Source: Candidatus Poribacteria bacterium (lineage in GTDB: Bacteria; Poribacteria; WGA-4E; PCPOR2b). From it: a stretch of DNA of 64,000 nucleotides. Each line of letters starts with the position of its first letter. Within the stretch, counting starts at the first letter, position 1. The stretch lies in the NCBI GenBank assembly GCA_965215015.1, contig OZ244042.1:1376001-1440000 (forward strand), read 5' to 3'. Shown here piece after piece: positions 18,460 through 27,480 of this stretch. A program made the position numbers and the translations under genes. The notes under the pieces are model-generated. The model was not told the DNA's origin, made no database searches, and worked only from the letters and a program-made list of their open reading frames with translations.

Positions 18460-19074
18460 TTATCTTTTTTCCATGAGCGAATCAACGCGTTTGACAAGTT
18501 CTTTGTAATCAAAGGGTTTATCAAGGTAGTCCGCACAGCCGGTACGCATGAGCTCAAGAAACAGGGATCGATCCCCATAGGCGGTGATGACCAGAACAGG
18601 GATTTTTATTTTTAGGTAATTCAATTCATCAATTAGCTGAAGTCCAGTTAAACCCGGTAGCCGAATATCCGTGATGAGCAAATCTACTGGCCGACCATTC
18701 TCTCGTGCCGCCAATATCTCTTCCAAAGCCGCTCGACCCTCCGCTGCGGTTGTAACCTGATAATTCGCTGTTTCCAGAATAAATGCGAGGGTGTTACGCA
18801 TGTTTTGTTCGTCATCAACGACGAGGATATGTTCTTTTGCCATGTTCTCTACATAGACCGTTACAGGCAAAGAACTCGGTTGGACGGTAGGACTGATGTT
18901 GGATTCTACAGGCACACACTTGCGGTGGAGCAGATTGGGATCTGCATCCTCATCGCTGGGTCGCCCGCACGTCCCAAATTGCGCTCCGATCCCCAAGGAC
19001 TCCGCTTCATAAACTTCACCAATTCTCGTGTCAAAAAGTATTTCCTGACCGAGAGTTTGTGTTAAAGTTTTCAT
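18460..19074 (-). CDS. Stand-alone response-regulator receiver with N-terminal extension
   Basis: ILVVDDE, DLLITD, ITAY, YLDKPF; RBS GGGAG before 19074; alternative start at 18844. Confidence 0.8.
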   Translation of the reverse strand: MKTLTQTLGQEILFDTRIGEVYEAESLGIGAQFGTCGRPSDEDADPNLLHRKCVPVESNISPTVQPSSLPVTVYVENMAKEHILVVDDEQNMRNTLAFILETANYQVTTAAEGRAALEEILAARENGRPVDLLITDIRLPGLTGLQLIDELNYLKIKIPVLVITAYGDRSLFLELMRTGCADYLDKPFDYKELVKRVDSLMEKR

Positions 19075-19128
19075 AATTCTCCCTGTGTTGTCTGATGGTT
19101 CCTATTTAAAAAAACATTAAATTCACGT

Positions 19129-19626
19129 TTAATTATCGCTCTCGCGTTCCCCTAATTCTTTGTCTAACAAGTACAACGCCGTCCCCTGATCGCCGATCAT
19201 CTTCAGCTGATCCAGTATCTGACGGGCTTGTTTCTCCTCTTCAACCTGCTCGGAAATAAACCACTGCAACTCCACCTGCATGGCGTAGTCCTTCTCTTGC
19301 ACAGCCAACTCGTAGAACCGATTGATGGTCCCCGTTACGTGGTCCTCATGCTGCAATGCTTGCTGGAAGGCATCTACCGGGGACTGAAATTCTCCAGGGG
19401 GCTGGGCAATCGCTTCAAGGGTCCCATGTCCATTCCTATCGTGGAGATAGTCAAACAACCTCATCCCGTGTGCTTGCTCTTCTTGACTCTGTAATCGCAT
19501 CCAATGCGCGAAGCCTTGCAAATTAAGCGACTCAAAGTAGGCTGACACCGAAAGGTAAAAGTAGGAGGAGTAAAATTCATGGTTAATCTGTTTGTTCAAT
19601 GCTTCCTGAATGGCTGGACTTAACAT
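19129..19626 (-). CDS. ftnA: Non-heme ferritin
   Basis: ALNKQINHEFYSSYFY, QSQEEQAH, LQWFISEQVEEE ferroxidase motifs. Confidence 0.92.
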   Translation of the reverse strand: MLSPAIQEALNKQINHEFYSSYFYLSVSAYFESLNLQGFAHWMRLQSQEEQAHGMRLFDYLHDRNGHGTLEAIAQPPGEFQSPVDAFQQALQHEDHVTGTINRFYELAVQEKDYAMQVELQWFISEQVEEEKQARQILDQLKMIGDQGTALYLLDKELGERESDN

Positions 19627-19678
19627 GGTTTCTCCTTCCTATTTCTGTTTTTTTAATACGAAATCTGTTACACTACTC

Positions 19679-19694
19679 GCAAAACTTATGCCAA
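19679..19694 (-). promoter_or_regulatory. Sigma-54 -24/-12 promoter upstream of ftnA
   Basis: Minus strand TTGGCATAAGTTTTGC fits TGGCA-N6-TTGC spacing, 52 nt above the ATG. Confidence 0.75.
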
Positions 19695-19947
19695 AGTGTG
19701 TGAGGGGGCGTACATGAGGCTTTTTAGGCTCTATATCGCATTGGAAACGAGTACGTGAGAAATGGCTCTGTCCCGCTTCCTGACTGCATCCTTGGCGTGC
19801 TTCACAAAATTATTTCGCGCTCAGGTAGATGTTATCACTGGTATGAAATGAAACAGGGGGAAGGCCCTCAAAGGGGTGCCACGGATGGGGCCCTATTTTG
19901 AGGTGGATGCCCCGCAAGCCCTCTCAGAGTCAAGGCCCGGGGCGATA

Positions 19948-19980
19948 GAAACAAATGTTGACAAAGACACAAATGTTTCA
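19948..19980. promoter_or_regulatory. Tandem imperfect palindromes, candidate enhancer-binding-protein sites
   Basis: GAAACAAATGTTGAC and GACACAAATGTTTCA, 18 bp apart; consensus GAAACA-AA-TGTTTC; identical in copy 2 (24324..24356). Confidence 0.55.
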
Positions 19981-20157
19981 CCCCTTTGAGGGGTAGAGAA
20001 CATCGGGAAGGATAAAAAGGGAATAGGGCGTTACTAGCCAAAATCAACCGCAAATTGCCTTGAATCCCGATCTTATCGCGGTTGATAAATTGAAAACTGA
20101 CAGAACCGACACCTTATGTGTCCCCTTTCGGTTAAGATTCCCAATCATATCAAGGGG

Positions 20158-20194
20158 GAGGGCACTGGGCCTGTTAGACAGGCCTAGCACCCTC
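20158..20194 (-). terminator. GC-rich hairpin ending the cassette
   Basis: Plus strand GAGGGCACTGGGCCTG-TTAGA-CAGGCCTAGCACCCTC. Confidence 0.5.
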
Positions 20195-20208
20195 GATTCA
20201 TGAACTGC

Positions 20209-20595
20209 CTATTCGTTTGAACCCTGAACATCGATCAGGATACTATGGTAGCCATCGCTAGAATTACACCACGCAGAGCAATACGCTTAACCGTTACTAG
20301 CAGACACACCGTTTCTCTCCGCAGTAACAGTTTCTTGAACGTAACCATCAAACGTATAGCTATCTTGGTCCTCATAATCCGTACCAGGAAGAATTATCCC
20401 ATGTATCCAAAACCAACCCTCGTCAGCAGCATTTGAGGCATTAAACGAGGCATGTGCTGTCACCTTAGATCCCGACTTAGTTACAGACCCAGAATCACTA
20501 AGCGGGCCATTATTGGCAACTTCCGCTAATAGCATTCCAGCAACAAACAACGCTGTCACAACACATAGGGCAAGGGTGAAACTTCTGGCCTTCAT
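20209..20595 (-). pseudogene. Secreted beta-rich hypothetical protein with probable internal TAA
   Basis: Signal peptide MKARSFTLALCVVTALFVAG; RBS AGGAGG; after TAA (20287-20289) the frame stays open as AYCSAWCNSSDGYHSILIDVQGSNE to a TAG just before the hairpin. Confidence 0.5.
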
Positions 20596-20678
20596 TTGTA
20601 ACCTCCTTTTCTTTGTGAGATTTCACTGTCCAAATAGGCAGTGCCGGAGCCATAACGGAGCAATCTCATGCAAACGGC

Positions 20679-21419
20679 TCAAGGCAAACTAAGAAATGAG
20701 TAAGGGTCAATACCTCCATCTTCACGGGGAATAACCTTTATCCAACTCGGTTCTATTCCCTCCCTAACCGCCTCCTCATACTGCCCAAGAGAACCATGAC
20801 TCAGCATACTAAAAACACTGCCATCCTTATATTCCTTCCGCTTAACGTAGACAGTGTCTTTATAAAGCGGATAGACTCTTCCATTCCTATCGCTCAGAAC
20901 GCCACTATCCGTTTTTTTTCCCCGTTTCCACAGTTTGATGAGGACCCGGTGAATTAACTCATGATCTATAGTCGCATAACCTTTATTATATGACTCCTCA
21001 AGCTCCGCCCAGACGTTTTGACGTGGATAATCCGGCGGAATCTCTGGATAGGGACCTAACCCATGCGGAGATTCACGAGGTGGTAGAGCTTTCAGCACTT
21101 CAGCTGTCAACAGTGCCCGCTCCTCATCTGATAGCTCTGCCAAGAAATCATCGACCGACTCACTCTCCGCAGGCGGAACCGTGGGCGTTGATTCCGTTTG
21201 CGGAGACGATAATGATTCCCCCCCGATAAGATCGGGGTCAACCTCAGAGGCGGTAACATTTTGGGACGGGAGTAGAGTCGGCGGAGAGATCTGTAGTACC
21301 TCAACAGGTTCAACATCACCATAGTACCAATGGCCTCCGAAATAACTACCCACAACGAATAGCACAGCGAACAGTATCGCTCCACCTATCACCAGCTTCT
21401 GCTTACCTGTAAAGTACAT
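20679..21419 (-). CDS. Membrane-anchored hypothetical protein
   Basis: N-terminal TM, P/S/E-rich linker, then SPHGLGPYPEIPPDY..HELIHRVLIKLW..GRVYPLY..GGIDPYSFL. Confidence 0.75.
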   Translation of the reverse strand: MYFTGKQKLVIGGAILFAVLFVVGSYFGGHWYYGDVEPVEVLQISPPTLLPSQNVTASEVDPDLIGGESLSSPQTESTPTVPPAESESVDDFLAELSDEERALLTAEVLKALPPRESPHGLGPYPEIPPDYPRQNVWAELEESYNKGYATIDHELIHRVLIKLWKRGKKTDSGVLSDRNGRVYPLYKDTVYVKRKEYKDGSVFSMLSHGSLGQYEEAVREGIEPSWIKVIPREDGGIDPYSFLSLP

Positions 21420-21425
21420 GGATTG

Positions 21426-21620
21426 TCACCTTTCCTGCTCCTGTTCAATTGCCGCTACGAGCGAAGCCATCCGCTCCACACACGGAGAACACCGGAGATC
21501 TACCGCTGTCGCGGGTTGGGGTGCAGGGGGGCCGGGCAATTGGTCCGTTGCGTACGCGATGAACAACCCCACAATGACCAAGAAACAGAGTACCCCCCAC
21601 GCTATCAGAAATATTCTCAT
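21426..21620 (-). CDS. Small membrane protein with CSPC motif
   Basis: RBS GAGAGGAGG; TM helix, Pro-rich linker, CxxC. Confidence 0.6.
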   Translation of the reverse strand: MRIFLIAWGVLCFLVIVGLFIAYATDQLPGPPAPQPATAVDLRCSPCVERMASLVAAIEQEQER

Positions 21621-21655
21621 CTAGCTAGAAACCTCCTCTCCCTTACGATGCCGTT

Positions 21656-22678
21656 CTACCTGACCGGGGCCGGCAACAACGGATTGGGCAACTTAGGGTT
21701 AGATTTAATCTCCCCCCAGTGCAGGAGGAGCCTTCCTTGTTGAGCGGGGACAGATAAGCGCGGATTCCATTCCTGTGGGGCGCCATCGGAGAAATTGTTA
21801 GCCGTCAACTGTATCAGTTCGCGCGTACCGAGTCGATAGCGGTAGATGTGCCGTGGGGCTTTCCCATCTTTCCAACCCTGAAAGAGTATCGACTTCCCAT
21901 TGGCGGCGAAAACAGCATCACCAAAGTTTATCTCTGGTATCTGCACCCACTCCCGATTCATCACTAGCCCCTGCCTTGCTGGATCCAGCGTGGTAATGAC
22001 CAGAAAACGAATGCTACCGTTTTTTCTCTTAACTATTTCCTTATGCAACACCCGATTCCCATCGGGAGACCAGCCACCCAAATGCATCGTTCTATCCGGC
22101 TTCGGCCCAGCGACCCGCCATAAATCCGTGCCATCGGGACGAACGGCATTAATCTGTCTACTTTGAAACCCGTCGATCACTGGGCCGTTTCCCTCAAAGA
22201 GAAGCCACTGCCCATCCGGCGACCAACGCAGTCGGCGAAAAAACCATCCGCCATCCCTAATCAACCTGACATTGCCTCCATCGGCATCCATTACAAGATG
22301 CTTGAAAGGAGGGCCTCCCTGACCGTCGATGTGGAAGCGCTGAAACGCAATCTGTCGTCCGTCAGGCGACCAACAGGGGGTCGTATCAAGGGCAGGATGA
22401 CGGGTCAGGTTGCGTTGGTTGCTACCATCGGCATCCATCACATATATCTCGGCATTCCCATCCCGCTTGCTGTGAAACACAATCTGTCGTCCGTTGGGAG
22501 ACCAGTTAGGAGAGGAATCGTTCGCCTCGTTGAAGGTCAACCGCGTCTGATTGCTGCTGTCGAAGTTCATCGTGTAGATTTCGTAATTTCCATCCCGATT
22601 GGACTCAAACACAATTTTAGCATAAAGTGAGCTGGTGACCAGCCACAGGCCCGCTACAAGCAAAACAATTCGCTTCAT
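21656..22678 (-). CDS. TolB-like PD40 beta-propeller, secreted, with C-terminal WGxIK tail
   Basis: Signal peptide; repeats [28 protein letters not shown]; tail [19 protein letters not shown]; ATGA-coupled to the upstream gene. Confidence 0.85.
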   Translation of the reverse strand: MKRIVLLVAGLWLVTSSLYAKIVFESNRDGNYEIYTMNFDSSNQTRLTFNEANDSSPNWSPNGRQIVFHSKRDGNAEIYVMDADGSNQRNLTRHPALDTTPCWSPDGRQIAFQRFHIDGQGGPPFKHLVMDADGGNVRLIRDGGWFFRRLRWSPDGQWLLFEGNGPVIDGFQSRQINAVRPDGTDLWRVAGPKPDRTMHLGGWSPDGNRVLHKEIVKRKNGSIRFLVITTLDPARQGLVMNREWVQIPEINFGDAVFAANGKSILFQGWKDGKAPRHIYRYRLGTRELIQLTANNFSDGAPQEWNPRLSVPAQQGRLLLHWGEIKSNPKLPNPLLPAPVR

Positions 22679-23853
22679 TTGGGAACCTCCCCTCTACTGT
22701 GATGCTGCGCTACCTGCTTGGCAACCTCCGGGTCGTTCTCTCTCAGGCGGCGGAGCCCCTCTTCGGGTCCGTACTGATTCAAGGTGGACATTGCCCGCTC
22801 AAACCGATCTAACGAAAATTGCGCTTTCAACGCAGCTTCAAGTCCCACCTCGGTGGAATGAGCGGACCGGGCGGAGGACACATCAGTGAAACCGGGGGCC
22901 GCTGTCTCTGTAACACGATCATCGGTCTTGGGAGTTATAGAACCTTCAGAGGCTTCGGGCGATGGTGGGTCTATGCCAGGACGGTGCCCCTCCGTTTCGC
23001 TAAGGGATGCTGAGGGACTTTCCGGGACGGACGATAAATCCCACCAAGGGGTGGAGGCCGGTGCTTCGGTCGTCGAAACACCGGCTGTCTCTGCAGCAGC
23101 AACAATACTCGCCGCGTTTCGCTGCACATCGGTCATCCAGACAAAAGCGAGGTTGCTCTCTATGTCTGCCCGATCGGTCTGGATGGCCCCCTCCCACTCC
23201 CAATCGAACTGCCCAAAGAACCATCCAAAGTTCCGCCGGTCTTTGAGCCTAAATTGAGTGAGCACTTTTCTACGTTGCAGTGCTGCTTCCGTCGGATTTG
23301 TCAGGTCTACTGGCTCAGCGGATAGGAACAACTTCGCCATCTTTAGACGCATCTCCGGCTCGTAATCTTCAGGCTCCCCAGTGGGAAAGTGGAGACGGAA
23401 GTGTTCGACTAATGCATTCCAAGGCACCGGAACCCCTTGCGATTCCATGAATTCAAGCCATGCCCGGGGACTAGTGCCATTCTTGGTTTTTAGAAATACA
23501 CGAAACGCCGGTGAATCCATGACCTCAAGCAATTTTTGAATGCGTGGGGTTGAGAGCTCCTCTTCGCTCAACAGGGACATAAAATTACTTTTAGCGTGCC
23601 GTGCAACTCTTTCATAGCGATCCAGGGGTTCTTCATCGCGACTTGGAGGCGATTGCAGGCCGTTTCGATTTTCAGTTGGCAACCCGTTTTCGGTAGGGAA
23701 CACCGATTGAGGTTCCCTACTGGCCTTTTCATGGACTGGAAGGTCTCTGGACTGCTGCTCCCGAAGAAAAAACCATACCGACACACAAACGGCAATCCCT
23801 ATCAACAGCGCGCTACCCACAACCATCCCTTTTCGGATTGATTCGGTTTTCAT
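22675..23853 (-). CDS. Membrane-anchored hypothetical protein
   Basis: 392-aa ORF, RBS GGAGG, N-terminal TM, low-complexity linker, helical C-terminal [31 protein letters not shown]. Confidence 0.75.
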   Translation of the reverse strand: MKTESIRKGMVVGSALLIGIAVCVSVWFFLREQQSRDLPVHEKASREPQSVFPTENGLPTENRNGLQSPPSRDEEPLDRYERVARHAKSNFMSLLSEEELSTPRIQKLLEVMDSPAFRVFLKTKNGTSPRAWLEFMESQGVPVPWNALVEHFRLHFPTGEPEDYEPEMRLKMAKLFLSAEPVDLTNPTEAALQRRKVLTQFRLKDRRNFGWFFGQFDWEWEGAIQTDRADIESNLAFVWMTDVQRNAASIVAAAETAGVSTTEAPASTPWWDLSSVPESPSASLSETEGHRPGIDPPSPEASEGSITPKTDDRVTETAAPGFTDVSSARSAHSTEVGLEAALKAQFSLDRFERAMSTLNQYGPEEGLRRLRENDPEVAKQVAQHHSRGEVPK

Positions 23854-23920
23854 CGATTTTTACCTCCGCTTGGCGGTAGCTTACCCCCGAATTAGCATTC
23901 CGTTAGAACCTGTATTAAAG

Positions 23921-24024
23921 AGAACTTACGCAGTTGCGCGCTTTAATCTTCGTAGTTCGGTGATTCAGTGCCCATGGGACACGGGCTAAATTGCCCGACT
24001 ACAAGCTGAAGCGCGTAACTCTTA
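23921..24024 (+). mobile_element. MITE family B copy, degenerate (about 104 bp)
   Basis: AGAACTTACGCAGTTG...GCGTAACTCTTA. Confidence 0.65.
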
Positions 24025-24054
24025 AAGAAATCTGCTACACTATAACAAAAGTAG

Positions 24055-24363
24055 GCAAAACTTATGCCAAAGCGTGTGAGGAGGCGTACATGAGGCTTTT
24101 TAGGCTCGATATTGCATTGGAAACGAGTACGTGAGAAATGGCTCTGTCCCGCTTCCTGACTGCATCCTTGGCGTGCTTCACAAAATTATTTCGCGCTCAG
24201 GTAGATGTTATCACTGGTGTGAAACGAAACAGGGGGAAGGCCCTCAAAGGGATGCCACGGATGGGTCCCTATTTTGAGGTGGCTGCCCCGCAAGCCCTCT
24301 CAGAGTCAAGGCCCGGGGCGATAGAAACAAATGTTGACAAAGACACAAATGTTTCACCCCTTT
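24055..24363 (-). repeat. 309-bp direct repeat copy 2 (sigma-54 promoter at 24055..24070)
   Basis: Matches 19679..19987; minus strand TTGGCATAAGTTTTGC intact. Confidence 0.95.
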
Positions 24364-24386
24364 AAAGATAAGAGATGGAAATATAG

Positions 24387-24474
24387 GTTCATATAAAAAA
24401 AGTGTATGGCGCGAAGAGAAACCGAGTTTTGCCGGAAAAAACCGGTTTCTGTTGCACGATTTCTTAACATGAAC
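24387..24474 (+). mobile_element. MITE family A copy (88 bp)
   Basis: GTTCATATAAAAAA...AGAAACCG..CGGTTTCT-GTTGCACGATTTCTTAACATGAAC. Confidence 0.7.
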
Positions 24475-24649
24475 TAAAGATTCGATAGTGGCCCGATGAG
24501 AATAGACTTATCCAATTGTTCAGTCGGATTCAGCTGTAAATCGGTAGATTCTAAAAAAAATATACTTACCTTCGCAATCAAATCGTGCTATAATCAGCTT
24601 TTGCAAGTTTTGTACTCCGCATTTTGATAGTAGTCCTATGGAGAGATCT

Positions 24650-25387
24650 ATGAATCCAGTCCAAACAATTTCATCTGAAGAGTTAGAGCTTCTCAAGGCC
24701 GCAGATACACCCACAATTTGTAACGTTATTGAACTTTTCGACGTACGTCCACGAAACACCGGCTATATGGATGCCCGCATCCAAGCCTGCTTCCCAGAAA
24801 TGCCACCGATGGTCGGCTATGCGACGACAGCGACCCTCTCTACTGATAATCCGCCGCGTGAAGGGGAGACCTACGCCGGCATGGAGGGACAACTTGCACA
24901 GTTGGATTCAATTCCTGAACCCCGCGTCGTTGTCTTCCAAGATCTCGATGTACCGTCTGCTGCGGCGACATTTGGCGAAGTGATGTGCATGACCTATCAG
25001 ACTTTCGGTTGCGTAGGGCTGATCACGAGTGGGACCGGGCGAGATTTAGATCAGGTGCGGGAGATTGACTTCCCTGCCTTTACAGATGGGACCATTTGCT
25101 CTCACGGCTATCACCAAATTACCGACGTAAACGTCCCGGTGCATGTCGGGGGGATTACGGTGTATCCCGGGGACTTGATACATGGCGATTGTAACGGTGT
25201 AACAACGATTCCGAATCATATCGCCGGCAGCGTTGCCCGCCTGTGCGCGGAATATATGGAAGCTGAAGGTTATGTGCTCGACTTCCTTAAAACAGGGGGG
25301 CGCGATTTGGAAGGGCTGCAGGCAGCACGCGCCGCGTGTGCTGAGAAGTTTGCTGAACTCCAAGAGCGTGCGTTAGATTCGTTATGA
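24650..25387 (+). CDS. RraA/HMG-aldolase family protein
   Basis: DTPTICN, FGEVM, GTGRD, VHVGGITVYPGDLIHGDCNGV. Confidence 0.88.
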   Translation: MNPVQTISSEELELLKAADTPTICNVIELFDVRPRNTGYMDARIQACFPEMPPMVGYATTATLSTDNPPREGETYAGMEGQLAQLDSIPEPRVVVFQDLDVPSAAATFGEVMCMTYQTFGCVGLITSGTGRDLDQVREIDFPAFTDGTICSHGYHQITDVNVPVHVGGITVYPGDLIHGDCNGVTTIPNHIAGSVARLCAEYMEAEGYVLDFLKTGGRDLEGLQAARAACAEKFAELQERALDSL

Positions 25388-26319
25388 AAATTGGATTGTT
25401 CTACGAACCTGCTTATTGGTTTCTGTTAAAAGATTTGGTTCGGGAGCTTGAACACGAAATCAGGCTTGTCGGTGGACAGAGTTATCGAGTGACAACGGCA
25501 ACGCTCGATCAGACGGATGTAGATCTGGTCTATGTATTACCCTATGATGAACAGGAAACACTGAAACAACTTGAACCAAAGTACCTGGTGATCAATTCAA
25601 TGCGATCGCAGGAGATTGCCATTGATAAAATTGCGACCTCTCGGCTCATGGTCGAAAACAATCTGCCGACACCTGAAACGGTCATCTCACAGACACCCGA
25701 TGCCGTGGTAAAGATGTTGGACCGTTACGGAATCGCTCTGTTGAAATCGACAAACCTATGTGGCGGTGCAGGCCATCGGATCCTACGCCGTGAGGGAAGA
25801 ACGATAACTACACGGAGGCGCGATCAAACCTATCAGGTTGCTTTTGGGGCACACAACTACATCCTCGATCAGACGCTCGTGCTTGCGCCGCCTTACTATG
25901 TGCAGCAGTTCATCGGCACACCAGCACAAACCAATGACCGCGTCTATCGTATGTATGTTGTCGGGGATAGGGTCGTTATGGGTACAATGCGCGTGAAGGC
26001 GGGTGTTGATACAGTTGAGAAGTCAATTATCAACGTTGCAACGGGAGCGCGTTACGAATTTTTACCAATCCTTGATGAGGAAATCGTGTCACTCGCTCTG
26101 CGTTTGGCAGATCTAATTGGGTTTGAGATTGGTGTCGTTGATTTCTTACGCGAGCCCTCCGGACGCCCGCTGCTCATTGAAGCGGATTGCGATGGCTGCC
26201 ATCTGTTCGTCTGCCGAAAGTTCCAAGAGGCCCCGGGGTACGGGGCACCCTACAATTTTAACGCACATCTTGTGAAACGGCTTGCGGAGATTGTAGATGG
26301 TGCACCGCACCGCCGATAA
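25384..26319 (+). CDS. ATP-grasp ligase (RimK-like)
   Basis: AIDKIAT..NLPTPET, LLKS, YVQQFI, YRMYVVG, INVATGA, GVVDFL..LIEAD; ATGA overlap with upstream gene. Confidence 0.75.
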   Translation: MKIGLFYEPAYWFLLKDLVRELEHEIRLVGGQSYRVTTATLDQTDVDLVYVLPYDEQETLKQLEPKYLVINSMRSQEIAIDKIATSRLMVENNLPTPETVISQTPDAVVKMLDRYGIALLKSTNLCGGAGHRILRREGRTITTRRRDQTYQVAFGAHNYILDQTLVLAPPYYVQQFIGTPAQTNDRVYRMYVVGDRVVMGTMRVKAGVDTVEKSIINVATGARYEFLPILDEEIVSLALRLADLIGFEIGVVDFLREPSGRPLLIEADCDGCHLFVCRKFQEAPGYGAPYNFNAHLVKRLAEIVDGAPHRR

Positions 26320-26348
26320 TGAATCGCAAACTGTCAAGGAGATCAATT

Positions 26349-27179
26349 ATGAACCTACAAGAACAGAAAACCTTCTTTGAAGAAGAGGGGTACCTCATTG
26401 TAGAAAACTTACTATCGCCTGAAGAATTGGCAGAATGTCAGACGGAAATTTTGCGCCTGCACAAATTTGCCGCCGAGCTTGAAGCGAAGGGCGAAAATGG
26501 GCACTTTCAACGTGAACCTTACGCTAAAAATGAGTCGCAGGTGTTGGCATCCCGCGGTATTGAGGACGATAGGCTTCCGGTGCTAAGAAAGGCTGAAAAC
26601 ACCCGTCAATATTCAGAAGTATTTCGTCGGCTTTCAATCCATCCGAAGCTGATTCAAGTTGTGCAAAACCTTATCGGTCCCGATCTGTTGCTGTTCAGAA
26701 GTACCCTAATGTTCAAGCCGGCATTCCATGGTTCAGCACACGGCATCCACCAAGATTCTGCGTATTGGCCCATGGAACCACCGATGCTAGTAACAGTGAG
26801 CATTGCTCTCAATGATGCTACACCTGAAAACGGATGCTTTAAGGTGATTCCGCAGAGCTACAAATGGGGGCTTCAATCTTGGGGACATATCGCTCGCAAA
26901 CAGGATGAATCCTTGACAGACCACGAGGAGCGGAATTTCTCAGAGCAGATTGATGTTCCCTTGTCTGCGGGAAGTGCGTTATTTTTTCACAGCCTTATGG
27001 CCCACGGTTCCGGGCCGAATAGATCGCCGAATCCAAGGAACACCGCACTTTACGCATACTTCTCGCCACAAGTCCGTTATGTGCCACGCGATGGCAAGCC
27101 GGGACGGAAATCCTTCCCGGTTGCTGCCGGACTTGATGGCAAAGCGGAACTGACCCTCGTCGCTGAAGGTGCGAAGTAG
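26349..27179 (+). CDS. PhyH-family dioxygenase
   Basis: FEEEGYL, HQD, ATPENGC, HGSGPNRS..R. Confidence 0.9.
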   Translation: MNLQEQKTFFEEEGYLIVENLLSPEELAECQTEILRLHKFAAELEAKGENGHFQREPYAKNESQVLASRGIEDDRLPVLRKAENTRQYSEVFRRLSIHPKLIQVVQNLIGPDLLLFRSTLMFKPAFHGSAHGIHQDSAYWPMEPPMLVTVSIALNDATPENGCFKVIPQSYKWGLQSWGHIARKQDESLTDHEERNFSEQIDVPLSAGSALFFHSLMAHGSGPNRSPNPRNTALYAYFSPQVRYVPRDGKPGRKSFPVAAGLDGKAELTLVAEGAK

Positions 27180-27225
27180 GCCCCAATCTGCCCTCTGCTA
27201 AACCATCCAGTTGCAAACAGAGAAA

Positions 27226-27451
27226 GCGCATGTCAAAAGAAAGTGCAATACGCAAACGGCGTGAAACGTGATACCTGAAACGTGAAAACTATTAGTTCAT
27301 TGGTTCATTGATGCAGTCGGGCTAGGAAACCTGACCTACGGGCACGTAGAAAAAGCAAGCGTACAACGCAAAGAGAAGCTGAGTTTTTGGCAAGCACGGG
27401 CGGAGAAACCCTTCCCCTACGGTTTCTGTTGCACGACCTCTTAACATGAGC
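27226..27451 (+). mobile_element. MITE family A copy (226 bp, extra internal modules)
   Basis: GCGCATGTCAAAAGAAAG...CTGTTGCACGACCTCTTAACATGAGC; inside: CGTGAAA-type 7-mers, GTTCATT-containing 8-mers, hairpins ending CCTAC. Confidence 0.7.
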
Positions 27452-27480
27452 TATAAAAAAAGGGAAAAATAGGAAAATCT

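Larger units (their letters stand above)
19679..19987 (-). repeat. 309-bp direct repeat copy 1 (sigma-54 promoter block)
   Basis: Colinear with 24055..24363 at constant offset 4376, about 9-10 substitutions counted by eye. Confidence 0.95.

Noticed and set aside
24138-24365. 75-aa ORF in repeat copy 2 (and the 61-aa ORF 19868..20053)
   Set aside because: No recognisable motif or good RBS; the block is better explained as a sigma-54 regulatory region
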